Source of the DNA: Octopus vulgaris
Taxonomy: Eukaryota
Assembly: GCA_951406725.2 (NCBI GenBank)
Contig: OX597814.1
Span: forward strand, 215,884,001-215,948,000
Direction: 5' to 3'
DNA length: 64,000 bases
The notes beneath the pieces are model-generated. The model had not been told where the DNA came from and did no database searches. It worked only from the letters and a program-made list of their open reading frames with translations. This document shows, one piece after another, positions 14,200 through 26,394 of the stretch (within the stretch, counting starts at the first letter, position 1; each line of letters begins with the position of its first letter). Both the position numbers and the translations under genes were made by a program.

Positions 14200-15050
14200 T
14201 CCTTACCTGTGAAGAAGTCTGGGTATTGGTCAATTAATGTTCTGTCTTTCTTATAGTAGTTTTGGTTGGTTAGATATTCCAATATTTTGTCTTTGTAATC
14301 GCCCCTCTCTATAATCACTATCACCCCATCCTTATTGGCATCTTTGAGAATGATTCAATTGGCATTCTTCAGTTAGTGTTAGTGAAGCTTCCTTTGCTTC
14401 TTAGCAAATGTTCTGTTTGCATTTACAGGCACTGAGAGTGAATTTGGAAATTGGTGTCTATGTACGTATCTAAATATTTGTCACACCCCCTACATGTAAG
14501 GGGTGAAGTAAGATTTATTTCTAAATGCTAACTCATCATTTATATTCTTAATGGGGACGAAATTTGCACCCTTATATGCTAACCTCATTATGGATTTCTT
14601 ACAAGGAAAACTATACAAGTAAGTAGAAAAGGCTTTTGACCAAAATTTCAAGAAAGATGCCATTGAAACGTGGAGCCCCTTCCTCGATGACTGCTTCAGT
14701 TTTTAGGATAGATCAAATAACGATCTATGAATATTTAATAACATCCTCAACATTCTTCAGCCATCTATCAAATTCAAAGCAGAAACCAACTATAATGACT
14801 TACCAATCCCAGTGATTCACATAAAAATATGCAACTCCACAGTCACAACAGATATATTTTACTACGGAAAAAGAATCAGTCACACATTAATGCTTGAACT
14901 TCTACTTTTGTCATCCTTCACACATCAAATGGAACTTGCTATACAGTTTGGCATGACATATCTGTACAATGGTTGTTTACGAAAAATTCTCACTAAAACT
15001 AAATGCTTGAAAGAGAAGCAGAGACAATATGCATGCAACACTCTTTGAAA
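14200..15050. mobile_element. Degraded Penelope-like element with internal inversion
   Basis: Minus strand near 14300-14350 reads ILKDANKDGVIVII (ADKG-type motif); plus strand 14550-14780 reads MGTKFAPLYANLIM, FLDDCF and PSIKF. Confidence 0.65.
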
Positions 15051-15346
15051 TTCAACAAGTTATGACCACTGCTTTACATAATTAACTCATACAGGTTCTG
15101 CACCAAACTAACTTCCCCAGAAAATAAGGTTAGACAGAAATAATCAAACAGGAGTACTTGAATACTCAAGATTGACACTCTCCATACATATTATTTTCTA
15201 TGGAATCAATGAACATTGGAGCAAGTGTATGCTTTCATTTGAAATTGGACTTTTTTGGATTTCATTCCAATTTGATAGTAATTATGTCACTATAACCTTG
15301 GTCTGACCAAACCCCTGTGAGTGGATTTGGTAGACAGAAACTGAAA

Positions 15347-16955
15347 CCTCTCGTGGATCAGGTGACAAAATTTGCAGAGAGAGTCATAGCCCAACTAATC
15401 TGGGAGAGAATCTAGATGAGATGCAGTTTGGATTTGTGCCAGGGAGAAGCACCACTGATGCTATATTTCTGGTAAGACAGCTGCAGGAGAAATTCCTATC
15501 AAAGATAAGCCCCTGTACATGGCATTTGTTGACTTGGAGAAAGTCTTTGACAGAGTGCCCAATCCCTTATCTGGTGGTCAACATAGCAACTACGAATAGA
15601 CGAGTGGTTGGTGAGAGCTGTACGAGCCTTCTACAGGGATGCTACCAGTAAGGTGAGGTTGGGCAACGAGTACAACGAAGAATACAGGATGCAAGTAGGG
15701 TTTCACCAAGGATCGGTGCTCATTCCTCTCTTGTTCATCATAGTTCTCAAGGCAATAACAAAGGAATTCAAGACAGGCAGCCCCCCTGGGAGCTCCTCTC
15801 TGCTGATGACCTTGCTGTCATAGCTGAATCACTACCTGCACTAGAGAGGAAGTGATGGAAACAAGGTCTAGAGTTAACCTAGCAAAAACAAAGTCATAGT
15901 AAGTAGGAAGGCAGACAAATCACAAATCCCTTCAGGTAGATGGCCCTGCTCAGTCTGTAGAAAAGGTGTAGGTAGAAACTTCACAAGATGCACCCAGTGC
16001 AAGCTGTGGATACACAAAAGGTGCAGCAACATCAAAGGAATGTTAACAGAGAAACTATCCTTTGTATGTAGGAGTTGTACAGGCGTAATAAATGCTGAAT
16101 GTGTGTGGAAAATAGACTTCGTCGACTGCCAGGTAGTCAACAGAAAGAGGTAGTAGATAGCTTCTGGTATCTAGGCAACCAGGTCAGTAGTGGAGGTGGT
16201 TGTTCCAAGAGCATTGCTGTGAGAATAAGATTAGTTTGGGCAAAGTTCAGAGAGCTGCAACCCCTGCTGGGAACAAAGGGCTTCTCTCTCAGAGTGAAAG
16301 GCAGGTTGTTTGCTGCCTGTGTGTGAATATCAATTCAGCATGGCAGCGTAACATGGGCTATAACAGCCGAGGACATGTGTAGGCTTGAGAGAAATGAAGC
16401 CAGTATGATTTCCGAAACTTGAACCTCACAGAAGCAATGACTATAGACTAAGACCTTTGACGATGTGCACTGCTTAAGAGGACTAGAGTCAAGTGCACCC
16501 ATACTGGTGGCACAAAAGAAAATCAACCTTGAATATTGGGCCTCACAGAGACAAAGTGGCTGAATTCCTTTCGAGTGTTGGGCCTCACAGAATCAAGGTG
16601 GCTGAGTTCCTTTTGAGCATTGGTCCCATGGCGACAAAGTGGCTGAGTTACTTTCGAGTTTTGGGCTTCACGGAGGCAATGACCAAGACCTTTGGCATTA
16701 TGTCATTCTTGAGAAGAAGACCCATCAAGCAGAGAACAATCGCAGTCATGGCAGATACTGGTGTCACGTAAATGGCAACTGTGCCAGCAGCACGTAAAAA
16801 TACCCATTACACTCTTGGAGTGGTTGGCATTAGGAAGGGCATCCAGCCATAGAGAACCATGCCAAATCAGACTGGATCCTGGTGCAACCTTCCAGCATGT
16901 CACCTCCTCTCAAATCGTCCAACCCATGCTAGCATGGACAACAGACATTAAATGA

Positions 16956-16958
<3 letters not shown>
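15347..16958 (+). mobile_element. 5'-truncated RTE LINE (same family as 9631-13960)
   Basis: MQFGFVPGRSTTDAIFLVRQLQEK, GFHQGSVL, PHD finger, 3' UTR and an aatgatgat tail. Confidence 0.9.
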
Positions 16959-16990
<32 letters not shown>

Positions 16991-17112
16991 TGTGTTTGTT
17001 CCCACTACTACTTGATAATTGGTGTTGGTGTGTGTATGTCCATGTAACTTAGTGGTTCAGCAAGAGAGACTGATAGAATAAGTACCATACTTTAAAACAA
17101 TGAGTACTAAGA

Positions 17113-17865
17113 TCACTTGAGTGCTACTGGTACCATGTAGTCCAGTATAACCTGTTACATGGTCGGGTCTTTGGCAACTAAACTGGCAACCCCACCAGGC
17201 TTGCTAAGTGAGGCGGGTGTTTGTTGGACACCCTGCAGCACAAAACATAAGACTTGTCAAAGGGCGGAAGAACTACAGCATAGTCAACGGCCATCCAACA
17301 ACGTGTGTGTGTGGAGTGCTTTGTGCATGTGTGTCTGTGTGTGTGTGTATTGTATGTATTGCATTTTTAAAAAAAACATTTTAAACTCTGTATATGGTGT
17401 ATATATTGCATTTTAAACTCTGTGTGTGTATATAGAATGTACATATTTTATTGTCATTGTCCCTTGTCTCAGCCGAGGCATTGTATCCCAGAAAAGGTGG
17501 AAGAACCATTTGGTCAATGGCTCAAATGGAATTTTGTGATCATTAGGACCCCGGTTTGGTTAATGACCAAGCAAAGGCGTATGAACTCCGGCCTAGGCAA
17601 CCAGGTAGTATATGCCTACTGAAAACCATGGATCCTTTTCTCTCTTTCACCTTGGTTTGGATGGCACTGGCATGAGGGGCTCATTAGCCATGGTTGGCAA
17701 CCCTCCTAGGAGAGGATAACTCCGACTTTAAACCTACGGTCTGAGGATCTCGCTGTCACTGTCCCAGCTCGCTAGGCCATGGTAGATGAACCTTGTGCTT
17801 AAAGGGTGGGGCCAGTTTGAACGCACTGCACTTCACCTTAAAACTCCCTAGCGCAGGCCAAAGGA
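17113..17865 (+). mobile_element. Non-coding insertion resembling a retrotransposon 5' UTR; related to 28220-28770
   Basis: Shares gtgctactggta..catg..tccagta and ggcaactaaactggca with the reverse complement of 28670-28750; possible TSD actaaga. Confidence 0.5.
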
Positions 17866-18021
17866 CACTAAGACTGATTCACTTGACTAGAAATTCTTCA
17901 AGGCAGTTCTGCTCCAGCATGGACAGAGAGTAGCGATGAAACAAACTGAAGATATTTGAATATTGTAATTCTTATTTCTATACCAAATAATTTGAACAGA
18001 ATTAAAATGGTAAATTCTTAC

Positions 18022-18270
18022 CTGTACTGATGGCAGGAATTGCAATTGATGTATAAGACTTTTCTTCAAGAACTGCCAAACAATTTTGAACGGCTCTTGA
18101 AAGGTAATCCATTTCCTGAATCCTTCCATTATTCCAAACGGGTCCAACAGCATGAATGATAGCCTTGCATTTGAGTTTACCAGCTTTAGTTGACACTACT
18201 TCTCCAGGTTTCAGTTCACTCTTTCTTTCTTTCATAATTCTGTTAGATTCAGCTTGAATTCCAAACCCAC
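18022..18270 (-). CDS. PARP14: PARP14-like gene exon: central macrodomain
   Basis: Acceptor tttgcag, donor GTAAGA, 249 bp, phase 1-1. Encodes GGFGIQAES...AGKLKCKAIIHAVGPVW...SIAIPAIST. Confidence 0.92.
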
Positions 18271-21200
18271 CTGCAAAGATATTTGCTTTCTTAATACATG
18301 TTCATATATGTTAATATATATCAATAATATTAATATGCCACACCTGACACGTGTGCAACACTTAAGAGAAAGAAATTGTTGAAAGAAGTTTTGTTGCTTA
18401 AATAAAATTTTTTAAGTAGGTCTCTTGTAATTTCTGGGAGAGATTTGAAACCACCACCTATGTTTTGTATTACTACTTCTCAATGCCCATGTCTTCTGGG
18501 CTACTGAAGCAACAACGGTCTTAATGAGAAAATTAAGATACTTAAATTTAATACTGGGTGTCACATAAGGGAGAGAGAAAGTGAGAGAGAAAGAGAGTGA
18601 AAAAGAGAGAGGGGTAGAGAGAGATGACAGCATGAAGCTGTCTTTTCAGAGTTGCTGATTATTTGAATTCCTTTCTAGGATTAAACTGAAATTGACCCCT
18701 GGCTATTAAATACCCAAGCTCACACACACACATGTCTTTTAGGTCTTCTACCCATTTGAATTCGGCCATACACCAGATGACATGGTAAGTCTTATGTTCC
18801 AAGATTTAAATTTTGAATTTGTTTTAACCATAAAATTACACCTCAGCTAAAAAACATCTTTTGGCTTTCACATACAAACTTTTGTTTCTCTTTCTATATT
18901 TTTTGTTAAGTTAGAATTTCTGTTTTAATCAAGATGTTCCTAATTTTTTTTTCTTTTGCTATCAAGTAAGCCTTTAAAAATAAAATTAAAATCATGGAGC
19001 CGAAGAAGTTCAATAATATTCTATTTTTTCCTTATAGTATGAGAGAGATTTGGCTGTTATTTCTAGCAAATTGAACAACCACATAGTTATTCAATTGGTT
19101 CATTTGTTGATGTATATAAGTAAACAAAAACTAAAATACACACACACACACACATATCAATGTAAGTGTGTATCTGTGTGTGTGCGATAATGTGTCGCGT
19201 GGTGTAAATAAACACAACTTTCTCTTCCTATATTTCTTGTTAAGTTAGAATTTCCTCAAAAACTGTCTAACACATTCAGATATGTTTTTCAATTGAAACA
19301 TTCAGAATCATTTTGGACATCACTTGAGTGATTTTTATGTTCATTTACAACCAATGTGTGTTGTCAAGACCTGGCTTCTCACCCACACACACACACATAT
19401 ATATGTATATATATATATATGTGTGTGTATGTATATACCATCCCTCAGTTATGCACGTGGCAATGTTTTTTAAATAAACCCTTACTTGTGTTGATGCATT
19501 GTTTTTATTATTATTATTGTTGTTGTTGTTGTTATTATTATCTTATTTAAGTGCATGTGTGTGTTAATATAACTGCAAACAACATAACCATTAGATTTGT
19601 ATAATCAATGGTTTCGCTACAGTTAGTGGTAAGTAGATCAATTTATTCGAATCAAGGATTTGATTTAGAAAAAAAAGACAATAGAGTTCATCCCTAGACT
19701 TATTGACAAGAAAATGGGAAAGCAGAGAAGGACCAAAAGTGACAAAGGAATACCACTGTTGTATCAGTTTACAACAAAGAGATACTCACCACCAAATATT
19801 CACCAAGCAAACTTTGAATATGAGTCGTGGAAAATACTAAAAAATGTTAAATCTTTAAAATACCCCCACAGAGGAGATACGCATTTGAGAAATATTAAAA
19901 TAATAATCTTGGAACTTAAGAGAAAGGATGGTATTACTGTACACTTGGACAAGACTAGGAATATATATAATCTACTTATATAAAAGAGGGAAAAAGCTTG
20001 CACACTTTGGATTTGGTCAGGATTCAATGGCACTAGACATACTAGGATTGAGCTGAAAATTGGCAGGGGTATTAAATGCATGGTGATGATTCGACCTGTG
20101 ATGGTTAAAATTTGCAAGCAATAAAGATGTGGTTGCTATGGCAAAGAGAGTGAAAATTGACAAGTGTTTGTTTTTCCTCTCTCATGGTTATCACCCTTTC
20201 TTCTTCCATCTCTTTCTTGCCTCCCTTCTCTTCAATTTCTCTCTATAATGGTGTTTGAAGTTTCCACTATCTTTCCCTCGACGCCTTTGCCAGTGCGGTC
20301 ACTCTCTCCTCTCTCTCTTTCTCTCTCTCTCTCTGTACATTTATCTGCACTTTCTCTCTATAACGACGTTTCACAGCTTTGCCGTCTCTGTCACTCTCCC
20401 ACCACATTTCTCACTGTACTTCTGCCTCTATCTATAGAGAGAGAAACCGTGACAGTCGCAACAGTTTAAATATTCCCATCTTTTAGAACGCTGACATATT
20501 CTCGCCCACCACCATCGTACAATCATAACAGATATTATTAATCAGATAGATATTGTGTTAATTTATATATGTGTGTATATAAATATATATAAATAATGTG
20601 TATACATATATATCTTTACATAATGGGGTTGGGGGGAAAATGGGATCTTTTGATCTTGATCGGAAGATTTGATGTGCGTGTGTGTGTATGTGTGTGAAAG
20701 AGAGAGTGTGTGTGAGTGTGTGTTTTTGATGAGGTGTGCGAGACACACACACATATACACACACGGAATGCCAACTCCTACATTAGACAAAAAGAATTAA
20801 AACAATATCTATGAATCTGATCATAAAATAGCCAACACAAAGCACTCACACACACACACATACACACGCACACACACACACATGCACACACACACACATA
20901 GAGCCAACTTCTACATTAGACAAAAAAATTTAAACAATGTCTATTGTAAAAATTTTCTACTATGACCTCACATTTTCTATGTATGTGTGTATACCTTAAA
21001 AGACATGATTAGTCAGAGGTCCAATAGAATAGTTCTCAGAAACAGACTACATACAAATTCTTTCTTCACAACTCCTGAAGCTGTTTTTTGCGAAGATATT
21101 TTCACTTCACTCACTCTATCTCTCTTTCTCACCCTCTTTCACATACACGCGCAAGCACGCACGACACACACACACACGTCCATTTCACATATCTTCTTTC

Positions 21201-21540
21201 AATTTCTGCCATCTGCAAATAAAATTCTTATGGATACAACTACTTACAAAAATAGGGATTAATGTGTAATTTCTTTCTATGTTCATAATTAAATAAATGT
21301 TTTAATGATTAGACAGGGGTCCAATACAATAGCTCTCAGAAACAGACTATGTACAAATTCTTTCTTCACAACCCCTGAAGGTGTTTTTTGATGGGGCTTG
21401 GGGAGAAATTTTCATACAGCTGGAGGCTCCAATCGAAACAGGGGACCCGCAATGAGGTTGAGAAATGCTGTTATAGATTCTGCCTAACCGAAAACGATCA
21501 CAGTCACATCATTCAAACAAATCGGGTGAAACCGGGCTTA

Positions 21541-21694
21541 TCTATGTATATAAAACTGAGACTGTCTGTCTGTCAGTGTGAATCCCTAAAACTTGAGAAC
21601 TACACAACCAACTTCATTCAAATTTACAATGCAAAATTTTTAATTTTCAAAAATTACAATTCCAAAGGCAAGCAACGCCGGGCAATACTGCTAG
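21541..21694 (+). mobile_element. Short non-autonomous Helitron-like element
   Basis: Starts with TC (tctatgtatataaaa), ends with a GC-rich segment plus CTAG, sits between A and T, no TSD. Confidence 0.65.
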
Positions 21695-21699
21695 TCTGA

Positions 21700-23770
21700 A
21701 ATATATATTACTATCATGAATTATTAAAAGAAGGAAATTACTAGCAGTTACAGAATAGCTAATAAAAATATATTGAGAACTTTTAACCTAATATCTATAC
21801 AGATAATGACCGATTACAAATTGGATGATAGGACTAAACCTTTTGTTCCAAAGAAACCTAGGATTATGCTAAAAGACCATAAGGAGAATTTCTATGACAA
21901 CCCTAAAGTAAGATTAATTTGCCCAGGTAAATCAGACTTAGGTAAGCTAAAGTACGCCATTATAGATAGGTATATACCTGCAGTTAAGAACACAATAAAA
22001 TTAAAGCTTTGGTCTATATGTAAAAAGTAACTGATTGGTTTAATGGAATTGACAATAAAAAAGGAAAGAAATTTTTACAAATTCATACAGATAATTATTA
22101 TTCTTCTATTAACCATATATTATTAAAAAAGGCTCTTTTGTTCATGAGAAATATTCTAAACTAACTATGGAAGAAATTAACATGATTTTAACTGTCAGGA
22201 AAATAGTTATTGAATTTCACAACAAATATTGGATTGAAAAAGTCAATAATGATGGCTTTCATACAACAATGGGATCTGAGGAGTTTGCACAAGTCACTGA
22301 TCTAGTAGGTATATATATTCTATTTAATTTAAGTAGAGATTTTTCCTGAATTTAGGGGAGGTTGGTAAGGGGATGATACAACTTTTACTCCTAGAAACTT
22401 TTCTAATAGAAAATTAGAAATGTACAAGAAGGAATTTTATAGATTAAAAAAAACTTTGGACTCTCCATAACTATCGAAAATAAGCATGTGTCAGTAACCT
22501 ATTTACATGTTAACCTTAACCTCGTTATTGGCAACCACAACCCATTACATAAATCTAACACCAACCTTAGATATACAAATATTGGAAGTAATCATCCTAG
22601 ATCTATCATAAATTCTTTGATTTACAATGTATCTAGAAGAATCTCAACTTTATGGCCAAATGAGAAGATTTTCAACAAAAATGTGGACTTTTACAGCATG
22701 GCACTTGGGAGGGCAGGACATAAGCAGAAGCTAAAATATTGTGCACCGAGCATAAACTCCAGTGATATGTATAATTTAAATATAATTGATAATAACAGAA
22801 AATTAAAAGCATCTGAACCAAATAGAAATAAGGGTAAGAATAAAAATAAATATAAACTAAATAAAAATGATATTCTAAATATGAAAACCGATTCATTGCT
22901 TAATTCCTCTAACGATATTCATAAAAGTAAAAATGATATTAAATGACATACCCCATATATAAAGAAAATTGATTAACAGTTACATAATTATAATAAAACT
23001 TATAATAAGCGTAATATTATTTGGTTAATTATTCCATTTGCCAAGTAAATTAAGAGTAACTTAGTTAAATCTCTTTATAAACTATTTACAAATCAATTTT
23101 CTAAAGAAATGAAGTATTATGACATAATTAACCCCAGCAGGCTCTGTGTTGGATATTATGTCTCGATTAAGGTTTCCCAGATTATATTTTCACATAACAA
23201 TAAACAGTTAACTAATTTCTATAATAGTACAGTTAGATTTAGTTATGATGCATTACTTGACAACAAAAATAATTCTGATTATAGTGAATATACAAAAAGA
23301 GAAATCTTCTAAAATATGAAGGGAAACAATGAACGTTGTATCCTATTGTAACCAGAATACTGAATCTTTGAGCAATGATAATACTGATAGCAAGTCTATA
23401 TGAGCAAATAAGAATATGTATTGTGACTGCAAATTTAAGCATAACTGTTTGTTTAAAAATTGTTACAAATAAAAAAGATGTGGTATATAGAAGTAAAGCG
23501 GAAGCTGGGGGTAAAAACTACTTTTACATAGGATCTATGGATAATTACATAAAAATGTATATTGCAAACCATGAGTCCACAATTATAAACAGAAGTAAAT
23601 TATCTTATACTAGTCTAAAGAAGTCTATTTGTGAATTAAGGACAATAATAAAAATCATAACCTAAAGTGGGAAATCATAAGACATGCGAAATCCTATAAA
23701 ACTGGATATTCTCATTGCAATTTTTGTATTGATAAAATTTTTCAAATTTTAACTTCTACACATAAACATC
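21700..23770 (+). mobile_element. Degenerate Penelope-like element (RT plus C-terminal GIY-YIG)
   Basis: LKDHKENFYDNPKVRLICPGKSDLG, TMGS, SNHP, linker CDCKFKHNC, and VVYRSK...YFYIGS...ANH. Confidence 0.85.
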
Positions 23771-24009
23771 TTAGCATATCATACTCTCACTAGTAATAAT
23801 GAAATTTTAAGAATAGATTAATTTACTTACCGCTAACTGTATTGAAAGCATTGTCTATATAAATCTAATGGTTATGTTGTTTTTTTCAAATATATTAACA
23901 CACACATGCACACAAATAAGATAAAAATAATAATTATAAAAAGAAAATGCATCTGCACAAGTAACGGTTTTTTAAAAGAAAGTTAACATGTTCATGCATA
24001 CATACATGA

Positions 24010-24157
24010 TGAGCTTCTTTCAGTTTCTATCAACGAAATTCACTCCCAAGGCTTTGGCCAACCACTGACCTATAACAGAAGACACTTGTCCAAAATGCTG
24101 TGAGTGGAATTGAACCTGAAACCACGTGATCAGGAAGTTAGCTTCTCAACCACACTT
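24010..24157 (-). mobile_element. tRNA-derived SINE (head and body)
   Basis: A/B-box-like head (gtgtggttgag...ggttcaattcc) and shared body aagtgtcttct...gaaactgaaagaagc. Confidence 0.75.
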
Positions 24158-24201
24158 GGATCTAAAAAGAAACATTAACTGTAACAAATGGTATTACCAA
24201 C

Positions 24202-25728
24202 CTTTCTGCACAATGGCTGCTGCAACACCTCCCATATGTTCCAATCTACCATTTGCAGCATTAACAATAGCATCTGTGTCCAGAGTCGTGATGTCATCTT
24301 CCTTCAACACTATTTCACAGTTTTTATACACAAAATTAAGTATTTCTTCTGTTTCACTTTCTAAATCTGAATTTAATGATATTATACTCTCAGATTTCTT
24401 CTGCTTTTCCCATAAGAAATTGTTTCCTTCTTCAGTTTTCTGGGTTTCTTGAGATCTTAATGTTCCAACTTTTGAGATGATATCTTTTCTTAAATTTTCT
24501 ATAAATATTTCCATTTTCTTAAATTGCTCTTGTGTTCCTTCCAGGTGTAACTTATTATCTTTGAGACACACATTCTTAATTTTATTTTTCGCACCAAAGT
24601 CATTGATTTCTTGTTCTTTGAACTCTTTAAGAAAGAGGAAATGTGCATGAGTCATCGATATATAAGATTCATCAGTTAAAGATTGCTTAAAGTTATCAAA
24701 TTTGCTTTTTATATCATTAACTACAGCATCAACAGCAACAATAGAATTTTCTCCAATAAAATGGGAATCTGGAAACTCTTCTTTTAGACTTTCAACAAAT
24801 GTCAGCCACTTTCCATAATGTGGAGTATCCTTAATTTTGTCTACAAAATCCAGTGTATTGGCGACAAAAGTTTCTTTCATAATTTCTTCCAAAAGTGAAA
24901 GATGTGTTTTATCACTTGCATAAAGTAATACTGAATCACCATCACCCGTTTCCCATGAACCAATACATTTCTTGTTTCTCAGTTCTTCATCAAGATATTC
25001 TTTCACTGGTTTTTTATTTATGATCATTCCAGTATTTAAAGGCAAACACAATTCAGATTTAACAATTGACTGAAGAATTTTATACATATTCTCGACACAA
25101 TTAGCTATCTTGGAAATGTGGCCTTCAAAAATAACTTTGTTACCATGAATTCTGACTTGTAGATCTTCAGATTGTCTTTCTGCCTGCTCAAAAAATCTGA
25201 GACCAGATAGAATACGCCTTCCATGAATATTTAAATCATCCTCATATATCCTTCTAAGATTATCCAAAAGTCTGTTTTTCATTTTAATCACATTACTTTT
25301 ATCAAGTCCAAAAATATGAACTTTATGATATCCAAAATCAAAATAAAAATACATCTCATCATCTTCACTTTTCAATGTTCTAGCAACATCTTCAAAAATA
25401 TCGGTTGGAATATCAATGATTTCAACAGTAATGGAATTTAGTAACTCTTCCAAACATTGTTCAATTTGCTTCAAATTTCCTTCAGAATAACTTAATTTCA
25501 GTTTATTAAACTTGGAATCTTTCCATATTACTTCAGCCCATTTCTTTAATTGGTCATTAACTTTGATTTTATGTCTTTTTAAGAAAGTCAGATGGAAATT
25601 GGAAGGTAGTAAATAGTCATGGACTTGCTGTCTTGAAATGGTATTTTCCTCTGATGGTTCCCAGAATGGTTGAACATTTAACTTCACACCTTCCAGTTGA
25701 TGTCGTCTTCTACAAACGTCCAGAACAA
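24202..25728 (-). CDS. PARP14: PARP14-like gene large exon: end of RRM-like domain, KH-like region, start of macrodomain
   Basis: Polypyrimidine tract plus cag acceptor, donor GTTGGT, 1527 bp open, phase 1-1. Starts VLDVCRRRHQLEGVKLNVQPF and ends DDITTLDTDAIVNAANGRLEHMGGVAAAIVQK. The KH and RRM assignments are inferred from PARP14 architecture. Confidence 0.9.
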
Positions 25729-25936
25729 CTGAATTAGGAAAAGGTAAAAAGACAAAATCATTTCGTTGGTGAAGGATTGGGGGTGAGCTGGGGAGTTCAG
25801 TGGGTAAAGACAGAAAAAAGTATTTGAAGACAAAGTAATATGTTATTAGTATAATACATTAGCAAACAGAAAAATATAATCAACACTTAACAGATACTAA
25901 GTAAACACTATCTCTATTAATTATAATAAATACTAG

Positions 25937-26394
25937 AAACATCACTGGAACGCTGGTTTCAAATTTTGACACAAGGCCAGCAATTTCAGGAGAGTGGCTA
26001 AGTCAGTTACATCAACCCCAGTGCACAACTGGTACTTATTTTATTGACCATAAACATCACTGGAATTTTTGTTTCAAATTTTGGCACAAGGCCAGCAATT
26101 TCAGGAGAGTGGAGTGGGTAAGTCAATTACAAAGACCCCTGTGCATAACTGGTACTATTTTATTGACCATAAACATCACTGGAATTTTTGTTTCAAATTT
26201 TGGCACAAGGCCAGCAATTTCAGGAGAGTGGCTAAGTCAGTTACATCAACCCAGTGCTAAACTGGTACTTATTTTATTGACCATAAACATCACTGGAATT
26301 TTTGTTTCAAATTTTGGCACAAGGCCAGCAATTTCAGGAGAGTGGCTAAGTCAGTTACATCAACCCCAGTGCACAACTGGTACTTATTTTATTG
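25937..26394. repeat. Tandem repeat, 4 units of 114-119 bp, probably SINE-tail derived
   Basis: Units start at 25937, 26052, 26171 and 26285 (aaacatcactggaa...actggtacttattttattg). Confidence 0.9.

Larger units (their letters stand above)
15289..17930 (+). mobile_element. tRNA-derived SINE broken into three pieces (15289-15346, 16990-17112, 17866-17930) by two insertions
   Basis: The first two pieces are colinear with the SINE at 30012-30338; assigning the third piece as the tail rests on recalled family structure. Confidence 0.65.
19450..24000. repeat. Diverged inverted repeat pair of about 190 bp (19450-19645 and 23815-24000)
   Basis: aaacaacataaccattagattt...tacagttag.ggtaagta at 19577 recurs reverse-complemented at 23815-23883; similarity extends outward. 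Confidence 0.7.

Noticed and set aside
25937-26394. Possible CRISPR array
   Set aside because: Units are contiguous with no unique spacers, there are no cas genes, and the context is eukaryotic.
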